Source of the DNA: Lentisphaeria bacterium
GTDB taxonomy: Bacteria > Verrucomicrobiota > Lentisphaeria > JABSQK01 > CAJWLW01
Direction: 5' to 3'
Assembly: GCA_963580095.1 (NCBI GenBank)
Contig: CAUZJQ010000003.1
Location: 1 to 49,699, forward strand
Length of the DNA: 49,699 bases
A model generated the notes under the pieces. It did no database searches. It was not told the DNA's origin and was given only the letters and a program-made list of their open reading frames with translations. Numbering within the stretch: the first letter of the stretch is position 1; every line of letters begins with the position of its first letter. Shown here piece by piece: positions 1-9,844 of the stretch. The translations under genes were made by a program, and so were the position numbers.

Positions 1-1
1 C

Positions 2-1474
2 GAGAGTGTTCTTCACGTCGAGCGAGTCACCGGTCAACCGCGCCACTTCCATGGTGTCACCGGTCGGTTGCAGGCTGCGGAACGTCAGAGTCACCGTCAA
101 CGGCTTGTCCTCCAGTTTCTGTACCACAGACAGACATGCAGTTTTTCTTTCCCTGTCGATGCTGACGAGTACGTCGAGTGCTGAGACATCGTCGTAATGC
201 AGAAGCGTCGGCAGTTTCTCGTCTTTCGCGCTTTCCGGGTCAACGATGCCGCAGAAGAAGCGTTCGTGCTTGGCCGAGAACACTGGTGCGTCGACCGCGC
301 TGTCGACAACAGTGCCGCGATGATGATCGACCATCAGTTTCTGTGTGTACCAGATGGTCTGGCGCACGCAGCGTTCACTGTCGGTGAAGATGTGGCCGAT
401 CATGTTCACCGCTAGGGAGATGTTCGAGAGTTCGATGCTTTTGGTGTTGCGCAGGATGAAATGAAATATCGTCGCGATCGTCAGCGCATCCGTGTAATCG
501 TATTTTTCTTCGACATCGGCGAGTTCTGCGTGGGATTCTCGGTACCAGACATTCCATTCGTCGAAGGCGATGGTCGGGCGCCTGTCGACTTGCGGTGCTT
601 CTCCGAGCTCGCGGCGCGTTCTGGGATGCGCTCCAAGCGTGGTGTCCATGGCCTCGTCGATCGCGACATTGACTGCTGTCAGCATCTCCTCGAGCACTCG
701 ACTGGCGGCCATGCAGTCGCGAAAGACCGGGCGGCCGACGTAATTGTGCATGCTGATCATGTCCAGGTGTCCGAGTGTTTCGAACAGCACGGTCCGATCC
801 CACTCGGGATTGACACGGCCGGCGCCGCAGGCGATGAGCTTGATGGTCGGATCGACCCGCTTCATCTGGATCGCTGCCTGCCGGAACCACCTGGCGTACT
901 CCTCGGCCGTCATCTGCCCGTTCTGCCAGTCACCGTAAATCTCGTTGCCCAGTCCAAAGATCTTGACGTTGTATGGGGCCTCGCGGCCGTGGGCCCGGCG
1001 CAGGTCGGCGTAACGGGTCGGCGTCGTGCCGTTGAGATACTCGACCAGGTTGGCGGCATCGTCCGGCGATTCGATATGAGCATTGACGATCATGTACAGT
1101 TCGGCACCAAGCTCCTGACAGTAATTATACGCTTCCGCAATCCCGAAAGCCGTAGACTGCGAGGCGCCGGTCATCCGGAACAACTTGGCCCGTGGCCGCT
1201 CTGCCACCGGTCCGACGAGTTCCTCCCACTTGAAGTAGGAGGCGCCGCAGCCGCCCGGGTACCGGATATGCGTGACCTTCAGTTCCTGCAGTGCCTCGAG
1301 CACGTCAGTACGTACACCATCCTCGCGCGACCGCGGGCTGCCCGGTTCGAATACGCCGTTGTTGACGCAGCGGCCGCCGAGTTCGAAAAACTGTCCGAAC
1401 AACGGCCCCTCGATTGGTCCAAGGACGTTGCGTCCGAGGACGATTATCTCTGCCGTTTCATTTTGATCATTCAT
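2..1474 (-). CDS. GH51 alpha-L-arabinofuranosidase-family glycoside hydrolase (3' end runs off the window)
   Basis: Absent from the ORF track because no stop lies in the window. Manual translation from ATG 1474 gives MNDQNETAEIIVLGR...FGQFFELGGRC...HIRYPGGC...FGLGNEIYGDWQ...IAFDEWNVWY, which carries the GH51 motifs RYPGG, GNE (acid/base) and DEWN (nucleophile). Confidence 0.9.
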   Translation of the reverse strand, partial: MNDQNETAEIIVLGRNVLGPIEGPLFGQFFELGGRCVNNGVFEPGSPRSREDGVRTDVLEALQELKVTHIRYPGGCGASYFKWEELVGPVAERPRAKLFRMTGASQSTAFGIAEAYNYCQELGAELYMIVNAHIESPDDAANLVEYLNGTTPTRYADLRRAHGREAPYNVKIFGLGNEIYGDWQNGQMTAEEYARWFRQAAIQMKRVDPTIKLIACGAGRVNPEWDRTVLFETLGHLDMISMHNYVGRPVFRDCMAASRVLEEMLTAVNVAIDEAMDTTLGAHPRTRRELGEAPQVDRRPTIAFDEWNVWYRESHAELADVEEKYDYTDALTIATIFHFILRNTKSIELSNISLAVNMIGHIFTDSERCVRQTIWYTQKLMVDHHRGTVVDSAVDAPVFSAKHERFFCGIVDPESAKDEKLPTLLHYDDVSALDVLVSIDRERKTACLSVVQKLEDKPLTVTLTFRSLQPTGDTMEVARLTGDSLDVKNTL

Positions 1475-1519
1475 CGTATGTGCTTTTCCAGTCGTCGGAT
1501 TTGCTGATTCCGTCGCCAG

Positions 1520-2608
1520 TCATTTTGCGGGTTGATCTGGATATTTCTGGTGCCATGGGCAGGTTTCGCACAGGGCCGGACCGGACGTGCGGAATTCACC
1601 ACCGTATTGGACCAGGTCCGGGTGAATGCCGTTTGCGGAACAGAGTGCGACCTTGCGACCGTCGGCATCGTGGCGGCCAAGGCAGGCTGGACAATCGGCG
1701 CGTTCAACCGCACGGTCTGCAAACGGGTCGATCGGCGCCAGCTGGACTTCAAAGCTCTTTGGCGCCTTCGCCGGGCCCTGAGCCCAGGCGCGCAACATGG
1801 CAGCGCCCTTGTTCAGTGCGTCCAAAGCCAGGTCATCGCTGTCGCGATCGGGCGGGCGCAGGATCATGCAGGACGGGTCGTCGGCCATGATCGTTGCCAT
1901 GAAACTTTCGAAGTCCCGGGATCGGATTATTCCGGACGAGCCCTTGCCGACCGGGCCGGTGCGCAGGATGCCGGAGGCCCGGCAGACGTCCTGCATGATG
2001 CCGGGGAATTCATATTGAATGCGCTTGCCGGGCACACAGTGATTCAAATGTCGTTGCTTTGGCCAGTAATGTCCGAGGTAGGGAACGCACAGAATTTCCT
2101 CGTAGTAATGCCACAGCGTAATCGCATTGACCTGAACCCCGAGAATCAATACGACGCCGTCGAGCCTGACCAGCGCTTCGAACGGATTGCCGCGGCCGCA
2201 TGGCGTGGGGCTGTCGCGGTGGTCCTTGCACAGTTTCGCAGCAGCAGGTCCCAGTGCCACCCAGGAATGCGTTGGATGACAACTGCGCACGGTATCTGCG
2301 CGCTGACGCAATTTCTCCGGAATGATCCCCTGGAAGCCAGGCTGCCGGCTGTGACACAGGCCGTCGGAGTTGCTGCAGTCGCAGTCCGTGCAGGTGAAGT
2401 TTTCGGGCTCGCCCCAGACACTGTCACGGAAGGCCGGCGCGATCACCGTGCCGGTCGGCCCGATGGCCTCGAGCAGGGCGTCTACCACCGTGTCGGCGCC
2501 ACCGTCGACCGGCCCGAGGGCGCTGAGCGAACTGTGCACCATTACTACATCGCCGGGCTTCAGGCCCAGCGCTGTGAGATCGTCGGTCAATTGTTTTCGT
2601 GTGATCAT
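1520..2608 (-). CDS. AAC(3)/YokD-family N-acetyltransferase with Cys-rich insertion and C-terminal extension
   Basis: Family motifs LGLKPGDVVMVHSSLSALG, GPTGTVIAPAF, RSCHPTHSWVALG and VLILGV..NAITLWHYYE. Extra Cys clusters CTDCDCSNSDGLC and CPAC...C...CETCPWH. Confidence 0.85.
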   Translation of the reverse strand: MITRKQLTDDLTALGLKPGDVVMVHSSLSALGPVDGGADTVVDALLEAIGPTGTVIAPAFRDSVWGEPENFTCTDCDCSNSDGLCHSRQPGFQGIIPEKLRQRADTVRSCHPTHSWVALGPAAAKLCKDHRDSPTPCGRGNPFEALVRLDGVVLILGVQVNAITLWHYYEEILCVPYLGHYWPKQRHLNHCVPGKRIQYEFPGIMQDVCRASGILRTGPVGKGSSGIIRSRDFESFMATIMADDPSCMILRPPDRDSDDLALDALNKGAAMLRAWAQGPAKAPKSFEVQLAPIDPFADRAVERADCPACLGRHDADGRKVALCSANGIHPDLVQYGGEFRTSGPALCETCPWHQKYPDQPAK

Positions 2609-2821
2609 TGGAGATGATTATAGCCACGCAAGCCCGTAAAACAACGCTTGCGGAAGCCACGCATCCACAGCCTCCAATCTTGAAGCGGCGTTCGGGACTT
2701 TCGGAACACGCGAAAGGAAAAAAAACAATGCGAAAAATTCCCCGTCTGCAATCGCTTTGCCTTTACTTTCTTCATCGTTCCGGCATCTTACATGTCCGCA
2801 ATTGATGCGTGGGAGAATGAC

Positions 2822-3163
2822 ATGGCAACCGAAGAGACCGGCAGAGTCTTGGCGCAGTTGATGGAAATCATCGAGGACCGTCGCAAGAATCCGCCGGAGA
2901 AATCCTATACAACGACGCTTTTTTCCGGGGGTGTGCCCAAGATCGGTGAGAAGATCATCGAGGAAGCGGCGGAAGTCGTCGAGGCTGCCGGTGAAGCGGG
3001 AGACGCAGGCCGTGAACATGCGATCCATGAGGCGGCGGACCTGATTTATCATCTTTTCGTGATGCTCGGTTACAAAATGATTCAATTGGAGGAAGTCGAG
3101 TCCGAGCTGGCCCGACGTTTTGGCTTGTCGGGATTAGACGAGAAAGCAGGACGGGAGAAGTGA
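2822..3163 (+). CDS. hisE: Phosphoribosyl-ATP pyrophosphohydrolase
   Basis: Motifs PEKSYTTTLF, KIGEKIIEEAAEV, HEAADLIYHLFVML and ELARRFGLSGLDEK. A GGAG RBS precedes ATG 2822, and the gene is adjacent to hisG. Confidence 0.95.
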   Translation: MATEETGRVLAQLMEIIEDRRKNPPEKSYTTTLFSGGVPKIGEKIIEEAAEVVEAAGEAGDAGREHAIHEAADLIYHLFVMLGYKMIQLEEVESELARRFGLSGLDEKAGREK

Positions 3164-3258
3164 CGGGAAGGAGAGGTGAGGGAGGAATTGGTCAGATGAG
3201 CAGGTCGCCATTTGCCGATCACCACTGAAACCTGAAATCCTTGAAACAGGAGTGCAAT

Positions 3259-4110
3259 ATGGAAAACCTACGTATCGGCGTGCCCAGCAAAGGGCGTCTT
3301 GCAGAGATCGCAGCGGAGTTGCTGCAGCAGGCGGGGCTTTCGTTCCGTCGCCAGAACCGCAGTCTGTTCGCGCGTGTCCGCGATATGAATGTGGACATCA
3401 CCTTTCTGCGTACGGACGACATTTCTGTCCTCTGTGCGGAAGGTGCTATCGACATGGGGATCACGGGCAGTGATCTGGTTGCCGAGTCGGGGGCCGACGT
3501 ACAGACCCGCCTGCAGCTTGGGGTCGGCAAGTGCCAGCTGGCCGTATGTGTGCCGGAGGATGCGCCCGGCGACTCGGTTGCTTCCCTTGCCGGTCAGCGT
3601 ATTGCCACAAGTTTTCCGAATGTGACGCGGGCTTATCTGGCGTCGCACGGCGTTGAAGCGCATCTAGTAAAGCTAACGGGCAGTGTCGAAGTGATGATTG
3701 CGCTTGGCGTGGCGGACGTTATCGTCGATCTGGTGGAGACAGGGGGCACGCTGGCAGCGAACCGTTTGCGGGTGCTCGACGAGATTGCGTGCTACGAATC
3801 GGTGGTGATCCAGAATAGTACGCCGCAGCATGCGGAACTGGCAGACCGCGTTGTCCGCCGGCTCGAAGGGGTGGTGATCGCCCGAAGCTATTCGTTTCTG
3901 GAGTACAATATCCCGAAAGACAAGCTGGCTGCGGCGGAGGAAATCACGCCGGGGTATAACTCGCCGACGGTTAATGCACTGGAAAATTCGGCATGGTGTG
4001 CGGTGCAGGTAATGGTGCGGCGCGGCGAGATGATCGATGTCATGGACCGTCTGGAAGCGCTCGGTGCGTCGGCGATTCTCGAGACACAGATCACCAATTG
4101 CCGGCTGTAA
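3259..4110 (+). CDS. hisG: ATP phosphoribosyltransferase (long form)
   Basis: Motifs LRIGVPSKGRL, LRTDDI, DMGITGSD, RIATSFPN, GSVE and DLVETGGTLAANRL, plus a C-terminal ACT-like regulatory region (PGYNSPTV). An AGGAG RBS precedes ATG 3259. Confidence 0.96.
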   Translation: MENLRIGVPSKGRLAEIAAELLQQAGLSFRRQNRSLFARVRDMNVDITFLRTDDISVLCAEGAIDMGITGSDLVAESGADVQTRLQLGVGKCQLAVCVPEDAPGDSVASLAGQRIATSFPNVTRAYLASHGVEAHLVKLTGSVEVMIALGVADVIVDLVETGGTLAANRLRVLDEIACYESVVIQNSTPQHAELADRVVRRLEGVVIARSYSFLEYNIPKDKLAAAEEITPGYNSPTVNALENSAWCAVQVMVRRGEMIDVMDRLEALGASAILETQITNCRL

Positions 4111-4241
4111 GGTTGCATTCGCAATCCTCCACCCACTCTGCATCCAGTGCAAAATAGAGTGCTGCAACCGGGTAAAAGTCGTGTTGAAGGCGAGTCGGGT
4201 AACGCTGAGAGGAACGAATAAAACCTGTTCGTTACCCTATT

Positions 4242-5315
4242 TCAGAATTTGACGAAGTTGGCAGCTGCTTTCTTGTCGAGTTTACGGATCAGTGCCGTCA
4301 CGAGCTTGACGCCGGCGAGATAATCATTGATATCGATAATGCTGTTGTGCGTGTGGATATAGCGCGCCGGCACACCGATCACCACGGTGGGCACACCGAT
4401 GCCGTGAAGATGGATCTCCTTGGCGTCGGTGCCGCCGGAACGGCGTACTGCAAGCTGATGCGGAATCTTTTCCGCGACGGCTGTCTGGATGACGAAATTG
4501 ACCAGGCGCCGGTTACTGATGGCGCTCGGGTCCATCATGCGGATCTGCACGCCCTTGCCTAATGCCCCCTGGTTCTCGTCGGCGATGCTCCCTGGCAGAT
4601 CATCGGCAGGAGGACCTTCGAGGACGATGGCGACATCGGGGTCGGCAACGCGCGTGGCGGTGCGGGCGCCGCGGATGCCGACCTCTTCCTGGGTAGCTCC
4701 CACGGCAAGCAGGGTGTTGGGATGCTTGACTTTCTGCAGGGCCTGGGTTGCCTGGATCAGCATGCCGACGCCGACGCGGTTGTCAAAGGCTTTGGCGGCG
4801 TAGCAATTGGTGTGGGCGAGGCGGGTGAAAGGGGTATCAGGGACGACGGTGTCACCGATGGCGACACCGAGCTTGGCGACCGTGTCGCGGTTTGCAGCGC
4901 CGATATCGATGTACATCTGATCGAGTTTCAGGACCTTGTCGCGTTCGCCGGGACCCAGCAGGTGAGGGGGTTTGGCGGCGATGATGCCGGTAAGCTCTTG
5001 CCCTGCACTGGTGCGTACTCGCACGCGCTGCGCCAGAAGCGTGTGCCCCCACCAACCGCCGAGCGGAACGAAACGGAGAAACCCCTCGCGAGTGATCGAG
5101 TGGACGACGAAGCCGACCTCGTCCATGTGCGCCTCGATCATCACCCGCGGCGTTTTCCTGCTGCCGCTGTATTCGTAGATGATGCTTCCGGTGCGGTCGA
5201 AGATAGGCGTACCCGTGAGTTTGGCGGCGACGATGTCGCGTACCATGCCTTCATCGCCGGGTGCGCCATGGGCTTCCGTCAGACATTTGAGTAAAGCGAC
5301 GGCTGGTCTTTTCAT
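4242..5315 (-). CDS. M42-family metalloaminopeptidase (TET/glutamyl aminopeptidase-like)
   Basis: Motifs AHMDEVG, AKAFDNRVG, QEEVGIRGA, GGTDA and PARYIHTH. Confidence 0.93.
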   Translation of the reverse strand: MKRPAVALLKCLTEAHGAPGDEGMVRDIVAAKLTGTPIFDRTGSIIYEYSGSRKTPRVMIEAHMDEVGFVVHSITREGFLRFVPLGGWWGHTLLAQRVRVRTSAGQELTGIIAAKPPHLLGPGERDKVLKLDQMYIDIGAANRDTVAKLGVAIGDTVVPDTPFTRLAHTNCYAAKAFDNRVGVGMLIQATQALQKVKHPNTLLAVGATQEEVGIRGARTATRVADPDVAIVLEGPPADDLPGSIADENQGALGKGVQIRMMDPSAISNRRLVNFVIQTAVAEKIPHQLAVRRSGGTDAKEIHLHGIGVPTVVIGVPARYIHTHNSIIDINDYLAGVKLVTALIRKLDKKAAANFVKF

Positions 5316-5481
5316 GCGGTTGGCGAGGCAATCAGCATTTTACAGTACGTTGACGGTCGAGGATGACCGAAACTCTACAGGAAGACAGAGACGAAAGACG
5401 GTCAAGAAGAACCGCAGCTGCAGTTCCAGAAAGCCAGAGAAGAGCGACGGTCAAAATTGACTGTTTCTCCAGCAAAACGGG

Positions 5482-6315
5482 TTATTTATTGGAGCCTTCC
5501 TTGTTGGACTCTTCCGGATTTTCCGGGGCTTCCTTTTTCTCGGTGCTGGAGCCTTCTTTCTTTGCAGTGCCGGAGTCTTGTTTTTTCAATTTCGTCTTGG
5601 AGCCCTCATAGCGCGGGGACTTGAAGGTGAGATTGCGGATATAGACCGAGAGCGTGCGGGAACTGTATGTGTCGCCGAGCTTGGTTTTGAAGGTCAAACG
5701 GGCGTAGAGCGCTTTACGGTTCGGGACAAAATCGGTGTTGGCACGAACCTCGTATGACGAGGTGCTGTCCGGTTCGATATCGCGCTTGACCTTCTCCGGG
5801 TCGACAACCGTGATGTTCGGGTTGCTGCTTGAGATACTCAGGATGCTCAGCGTATCCTTGCTGTTATTGACGACGTCGAACTTCGCTTCCGAGTTGCTGT
5901 AGACGCCGTTCTGAACGTTGAATTGGACTTTTGCCGGCTGGAAATCCCAAATCGACTTGATCCGTGCCGTGATGTAGATCGCCTGCGTCGGATTCACCGG
6001 ATCGTTGGTTTTGAAGGTGATTGACTTGCGCTGGTTGCCACGTTTTCCCTGCGGGTTGAAGGTGACATCCAGGTACGACTCTTCGCCGGGTTTGAGCTGC
6101 TTCTTTGCCGGCGTCCCAGCTGTGCATCCGCAACTGGCGCGGACATCCTCGATGACCAGCGTTTTGACACCGGCGTTCTTGAACTTGACCTGCGTTGCGA
6201 CTTTGCCGACATCGTCAATGTCACCGAAGTCGTGGGTTTTTTTCTCAAACGAAAGGGTTTGGCTGTACCCGATGGCAGTAATAGCGATGAAGAATGCGAA
6301 GCAAATACGTTTCAT
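5482..6315 (-). CDS. Secreted DUF1573 (Ig-like, CGCT motif) protein, paralog 2
   Basis: Signal peptide, then HDFGDI...FKNAGVKTLVIEDVRASCGCT...LKPGEES.L.VTFNP.GKRGNQRKSITFKTNDP, with a K/E-rich tail. Confidence 0.85.
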   Translation of the reverse strand: MKRICFAFFIAITAIGYSQTLSFEKKTHDFGDIDDVGKVATQVKFKNAGVKTLVIEDVRASCGCTAGTPAKKQLKPGEESYLDVTFNPQGKRGNQRKSITFKTNDPVNPTQAIYITARIKSIWDFQPAKVQFNVQNGVYSNSEAKFDVVNNSKDTLSILSISSSNPNITVVDPEKVKRDIEPDSTSSYEVRANTDFVPNRKALYARLTFKTKLGDTYSSRTLSVYIRNLTFKSPRYEGSKTKLKKQDSGTAKKEGSSTEKKEAPENPEESNKEGSNK

Positions 6316-6407
6316 TTGGAAACTCCGGTTTTTCGTTTCTCACGTTGAGGCGGCGTGTTGAAAACTGGATTATTCGACGATATGTCGTCGTCGTTTATTC
6401 ACATATT

Positions 6408-6435
6408 ACGTTAGAGTATATCACTTTTTTTGCAA
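6408..6435 (-). promoter_or_regulatory. Possible sigma70-type promoter for the downstream DUF1573 gene
   Basis: Minus strand reads TTGCAA-16 nt-TAACGT in an AT-rich intergenic region. The same -35 hexamer appears at other promoters in this window. Confidence 0.4.
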
Positions 6436-6485
6436 GAGTGGATAAGCGTCCGGCGATCGTTTGTTGGGTTAGTTGTTTTACCGTT

Positions 6486-7262
6486 TTACAGTTCGGCTTT
6501 CTCGGAGGTGCCGGAGCTGGGGGTGATTTCCGGGGCGGCAGTTTTCGGCTTGAGGCCTTGGATAGATCTTTTTCTTATGTTGCGAATGTAGGCACCCAGC
6601 GTGCGGACTTTCGTGGTGTCACCGATCTTGGCGTGGACAGTCACGCGACTGTAGCTGAGCCGACGTTTCGGGCGGTATGTCGGATCGATTGCGATGGTGT
6701 AGGTCGTGCTGCCGCCGGGTTCCAGTTCCTGTTTGACGCGATGGGCCTGGAGTACAGAGATCCGGGAATTTTGCGGTTCGATACTCAGGACCGTCAATGT
6801 CTCGTTGCTGGTATTCTCCACAACAAACGTGTCACGAGTGTTCTCGTAGGTGCCGTCAGAGATGTTGAAATCGACCGTGGACGGTCTGAATGCCCACAGG
6901 GTCCGTATATTTGCCGTGATGAAAATCTTTTGGCTCGCCTGCTCCGTGTCGTTGCTTGTGAAGGTGATTGGCTTGCGTTGTTTGCCGCGTTTTCCCTTCG
7001 CGTAAAAAGAAACTTCGACTGTAGACTCTTCGCCGGGCGCCAGGATCATCTTTGCCGGGACTCCGGCCGTGCACCCGCAGGTGGTTCGGACGTTTTTGAT
7101 GACGAGTTCCCGGTCGCCGGTGTTGCTATATTTGAGGGTCGTGCTGACGGTTTCCGTGCCGGTGAGGTCCCCGAAGTCGTGGAGATTTCTTTCGAATGTC
7201 AGCCTCTGAGCACCCGCTACTATCGCAAAAAACGCCATCAGGATCATGCCGATGGTTTTCAT
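6486..7262 (-). CDS. Secreted DUF1573 (Ig-like, CGCT motif) protein, paralog 1
   Basis: Signal peptide MKTIGMILMAFFAIVAGA, then HDFGDL...NTGDRELVIKNVRTTCGCT...LAPGEES. Colinear similarity to 5482..6315 over its whole length. Confidence 0.85.
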   Translation of the reverse strand: MKTIGMILMAFFAIVAGAQRLTFERNLHDFGDLTGTETVSTTLKYSNTGDRELVIKNVRTTCGCTAGVPAKMILAPGEESTVEVSFYAKGKRGKQRKPITFTSNDTEQASQKIFITANIRTLWAFRPSTVDFNISDGTYENTRDTFVVENTSNETLTVLSIEPQNSRISVLQAHRVKQELEPGGSTTYTIAIDPTYRPKRRLSYSRVTVHAKIGDTTKVRTLGAYIRNIRKRSIQGLKPKTAAPEITPSSGTSEKAEL

Positions 7263-7277
7263 GATTTGCACCGGGTG

Positions 7278-8660
7278 TTAGGTGGAGGCTGTCATTTTAA
7301 ATCGTTGACGGCATGCCTCGCCAGTGAGGAATTCCGCATCACTGTCCGGGGGCTTGAAACTCATCGCCAGCAGTTCGAAAGTTCCGGTGTTGTCAGTCAG
7401 TGTACGCATAATGTATGCCGCAATGTCGTCGGCTGAGATGGTCGGGCGTCCGAGGCGGGTAACTGGGCTAAAGGCAATGTCACCGAGACCGTGATAGGAG
7501 CGGTACAGCAATTCCGTGCAGACCAGGCGGTCCGAGCGGCTGAAGTCGAATTCGAAATCATAACGTTTCCCAAAATGCCCGAAGGCGTTGTCAATTGCCT
7601 GCAGCCGATTCTTCAGCGTCAGCCGAGGGCGGACGGCCACTGCATGATCGACACGTAACGTCCGTTCGATCGGATTGCAGACGACCCCTGCCGCCAGTGC
7701 CTCGATCGTCACCAGCGAGTCGTCGCCAAGCATCGACATCGTTGCCGTCACATGCTGGCAGCGGTCGGCACCGATAGTCCGGAGTTTTTTGATCCCGCCA
7801 TGGTACAGCGCGACGTGTGTCCACCATCCGGGTAAGAATACAGTACTCGCTTTTTGTTCCGGACGCACGATGAAAAAATCTCCCGGTTGCAGGAGGTCGA
7901 GGAAGGCGTCAATATGCGGTTCGGGTACGGTCGGATAGTCTGCCAAAGTCAGCCAGGTATTGCCGAAGACATCCATGACCCACGAACGGATCAGGTAGCC
8001 GGCGTTGCGCAGCGGCTGTTTTGCCTTGTCCTGAAGATTCTGAAGGCGCCGCCCGACATGGCTGCGGAAGATATCGACATGCGACCGGCGGACTTGCTCG
8101 TATTGCCGTCTGATCTCGTCTATCAGCCACGCGAAATCCGTATTCACGGCGGCGCTCGTGTGCCAGTCGTCATGGTCTGCGAAGCTGTCCGCGGCGTCAC
8201 GCAGTTGCACCAGGTTATCGGCGTTGCTTAGTGAGTCGCAGATCTGTTCGAACAGGTTCGCGGGCATCCCGAAGCGGGCATCGGCTTCGTTCAGTTTGGC
8301 ACGGATGTGCGGAATGTCCCGATAGGTATTAACCAGCAGTGATGACCAGTTGAACAATATGACGGCACTGCCGAATGCCAGGAGGAAGGCCAGCATTTGC
8401 TCTTCATCCTGATCGAATTCGTCGAGTTCCCGATAGCGGTGAATGATCTCGAAAAGAGCGATGCGATAGTTCCGATAGGCCAGTAGAATGCGGCGAACCT
8501 GGTCATCTTCGTTCGGCAGGAAATAGCCACGCTTGCGAGCGCCCATCTCGTTTTGCGCCTGGGCCATGTGCCCGGCGAGCGCCGAGACCTCGTCGGCGAT
8601 CGAGCGGAGCGTCATACAGTCACGCTGGAAGTCTGTAGGAATGTTCATCGCAGGCAACAT
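7278..8660 (-). CDS. YiiX/YebB-like permuted papain-like (NlpC/P60) amidase with a large N-terminal helical region
   Basis: The C-terminal half has LQPGDF, GWWTHVALY (His), IEAL..GV, GKRYDFEFDF and LVCTELLYRSY (Cys), in the permuted His-before-Cys order. Confidence 0.8.
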   Translation of the reverse strand: MLPAMNIPTDFQRDCMTLRSIADEVSALAGHMAQAQNEMGARKRGYFLPNEDDQVRRILLAYRNYRIALFEIIHRYRELDEFDQDEEQMLAFLLAFGSAVILFNWSSLLVNTYRDIPHIRAKLNEADARFGMPANLFEQICDSLSNADNLVQLRDAADSFADHDDWHTSAAVNTDFAWLIDEIRRQYEQVRRSHVDIFRSHVGRRLQNLQDKAKQPLRNAGYLIRSWVMDVFGNTWLTLADYPTVPEPHIDAFLDLLQPGDFFIVRPEQKASTVFLPGWWTHVALYHGGIKKLRTIGADRCQHVTATMSMLGDDSLVTIEALAAGVVCNPIERTLRVDHAVAVRPRLTLKNRLQAIDNAFGHFGKRYDFEFDFSRSDRLVCTELLYRSYHGLGDIAFSPVTRLGRPTISADDIAAYIMRTLTDNTGTFELLAMSFKPPDSDAEFLTGEACRQRFKMTAST

Positions 8661-8851
8661 ATGCTGACGAACTCTACCGTGCGATCGACCGGTCCCGTGC
8701 CGTTTTCGAATTCGCCCGCGTGGGCGGTGTCGATAGTCAGGGTAAAGATGACACGAGTCGGAGTTGTTCGCACGCGTTCTCTGGTTGGGGGGGGCGTGTA
8801 TTTATATTCCGCGATTCTGAGAATCGAAATTGCTCTGCCTGACGCCCGGGT

Positions 8852-9658
8852 TCACCTGTCGAATTCATCGGGAAACGTCAGATGTTGCATGTTTGACGGA
8901 TGTAGTTGCGTCTGGATTCCACCGTCGGCAACGATACATGTGCCGGTTATGAAGGAGGCTTCGTCACTGGCAACCCAGGCGATGGTCCGGGCCATTTCCA
9001 CCGGTTGCCCGAAACGCCGCAGCGGTGTCATGCCGCACATCGTCGAATGCATCTCGGCGGTATTTTCTTCGTCGGTGTAATCGTTTGACATTTCTGTGTC
9101 GATCGCACCGGGATTGACGCCGACAACACGGATGCCGGTTGGCCCGTACAGTGCCGAGAGTTCGTAGGTAAGGGAATTGAGTCCGCCCTTGCAGGCTTCG
9201 TAGGCCGGGCTCATGCCGCCGGCTCGCTCCGACATCGTGCTTGAGATATTGATGATTACCCCGCTGCCCTGCTTTTCCATTTGCACCGCGGCCCAGCGTG
9301 CCATGAAAGCTGGCGTTGTCAAGGCGATGCGCAGTGTGCGCTCCCACGATTCCTTGGTGATGTTGCGCATCGTGACGACATCACGCCAGGCGGCGTTGTT
9401 TACCAGTACGTCGATGCGGTCGAACTCTTTGATCGTTGCGTCGATTACGGACTCCGCAAAGTCAAGGTCACAGAGGTCGCCGGCGTGTACCAGCGCTTTG
9501 CCACCGGCGCCGCGGATATCATCGGCAACACTTTCGAGCTTGTCCCGAGTGCGTGCGGTGACGGTGACGGCGTAGCCGCGTCGTCCGAATTCGCGTGCAG
9601 TCTCTGCACCGATTCCTTGGGAAGCACCCGTGATGATTGCTGTAGGTCGATTGGCCAT
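8852..9658 (-). CDS. SDR-family NAD(P)-dependent oxidoreductase
   Basis: Motifs TGASQGIG, LVNNA, INISS, YEACK and NPGAIDT. Start trimmed to ATG 9658. Confidence 0.92.
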   Translation of the reverse strand: MANRPTAIITGASQGIGAETAREFGRRGYAVTVTARTRDKLESVADDIRGAGGKALVHAGDLCDLDFAESVIDATIKEFDRIDVLVNNAAWRDVVTMRNITKESWERTLRIALTTPAFMARWAAVQMEKQGSGVIINISSTMSERAGGMSPAYEACKGGLNSLTYELSALYGPTGIRVVGVNPGAIDTEMSNDYTDEENTAEMHSTMCGMTPLRRFGQPVEMARTIAWVASDEASFITGTCIVADGGIQTQLHPSNMQHLTFPDEFDR

Positions 9659-9844
9659 AGCGGGTGAGGGGGCAGTGAGTTTATAGTGTTGAGGACGGGA
9701 GGAGCTCCCAGCCTTACTATCGGGTAATCCGACCAACATTCAATGCAGGAAGCAGGGCTGTTCCGAAGTGGCAGGGCATTGCTGCCGGTCCAGTCCCGGA
9801 AGGTTGCCGGATCGATTGTCGGCACTGTGAAAGCCGGCAAGCGT

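Noticed and set aside
461-1507. 348-aa + strand ORF
   Set aside because: It is the antisense shadow of the GH51 gene on the minus strand, which the track missed because it has no stop in the window.
5482-7262. Selenocysteine in the DUF1573 CGC motif
   Set aside because: Both genes have ordinary Cys codons there and no in-frame UGA.
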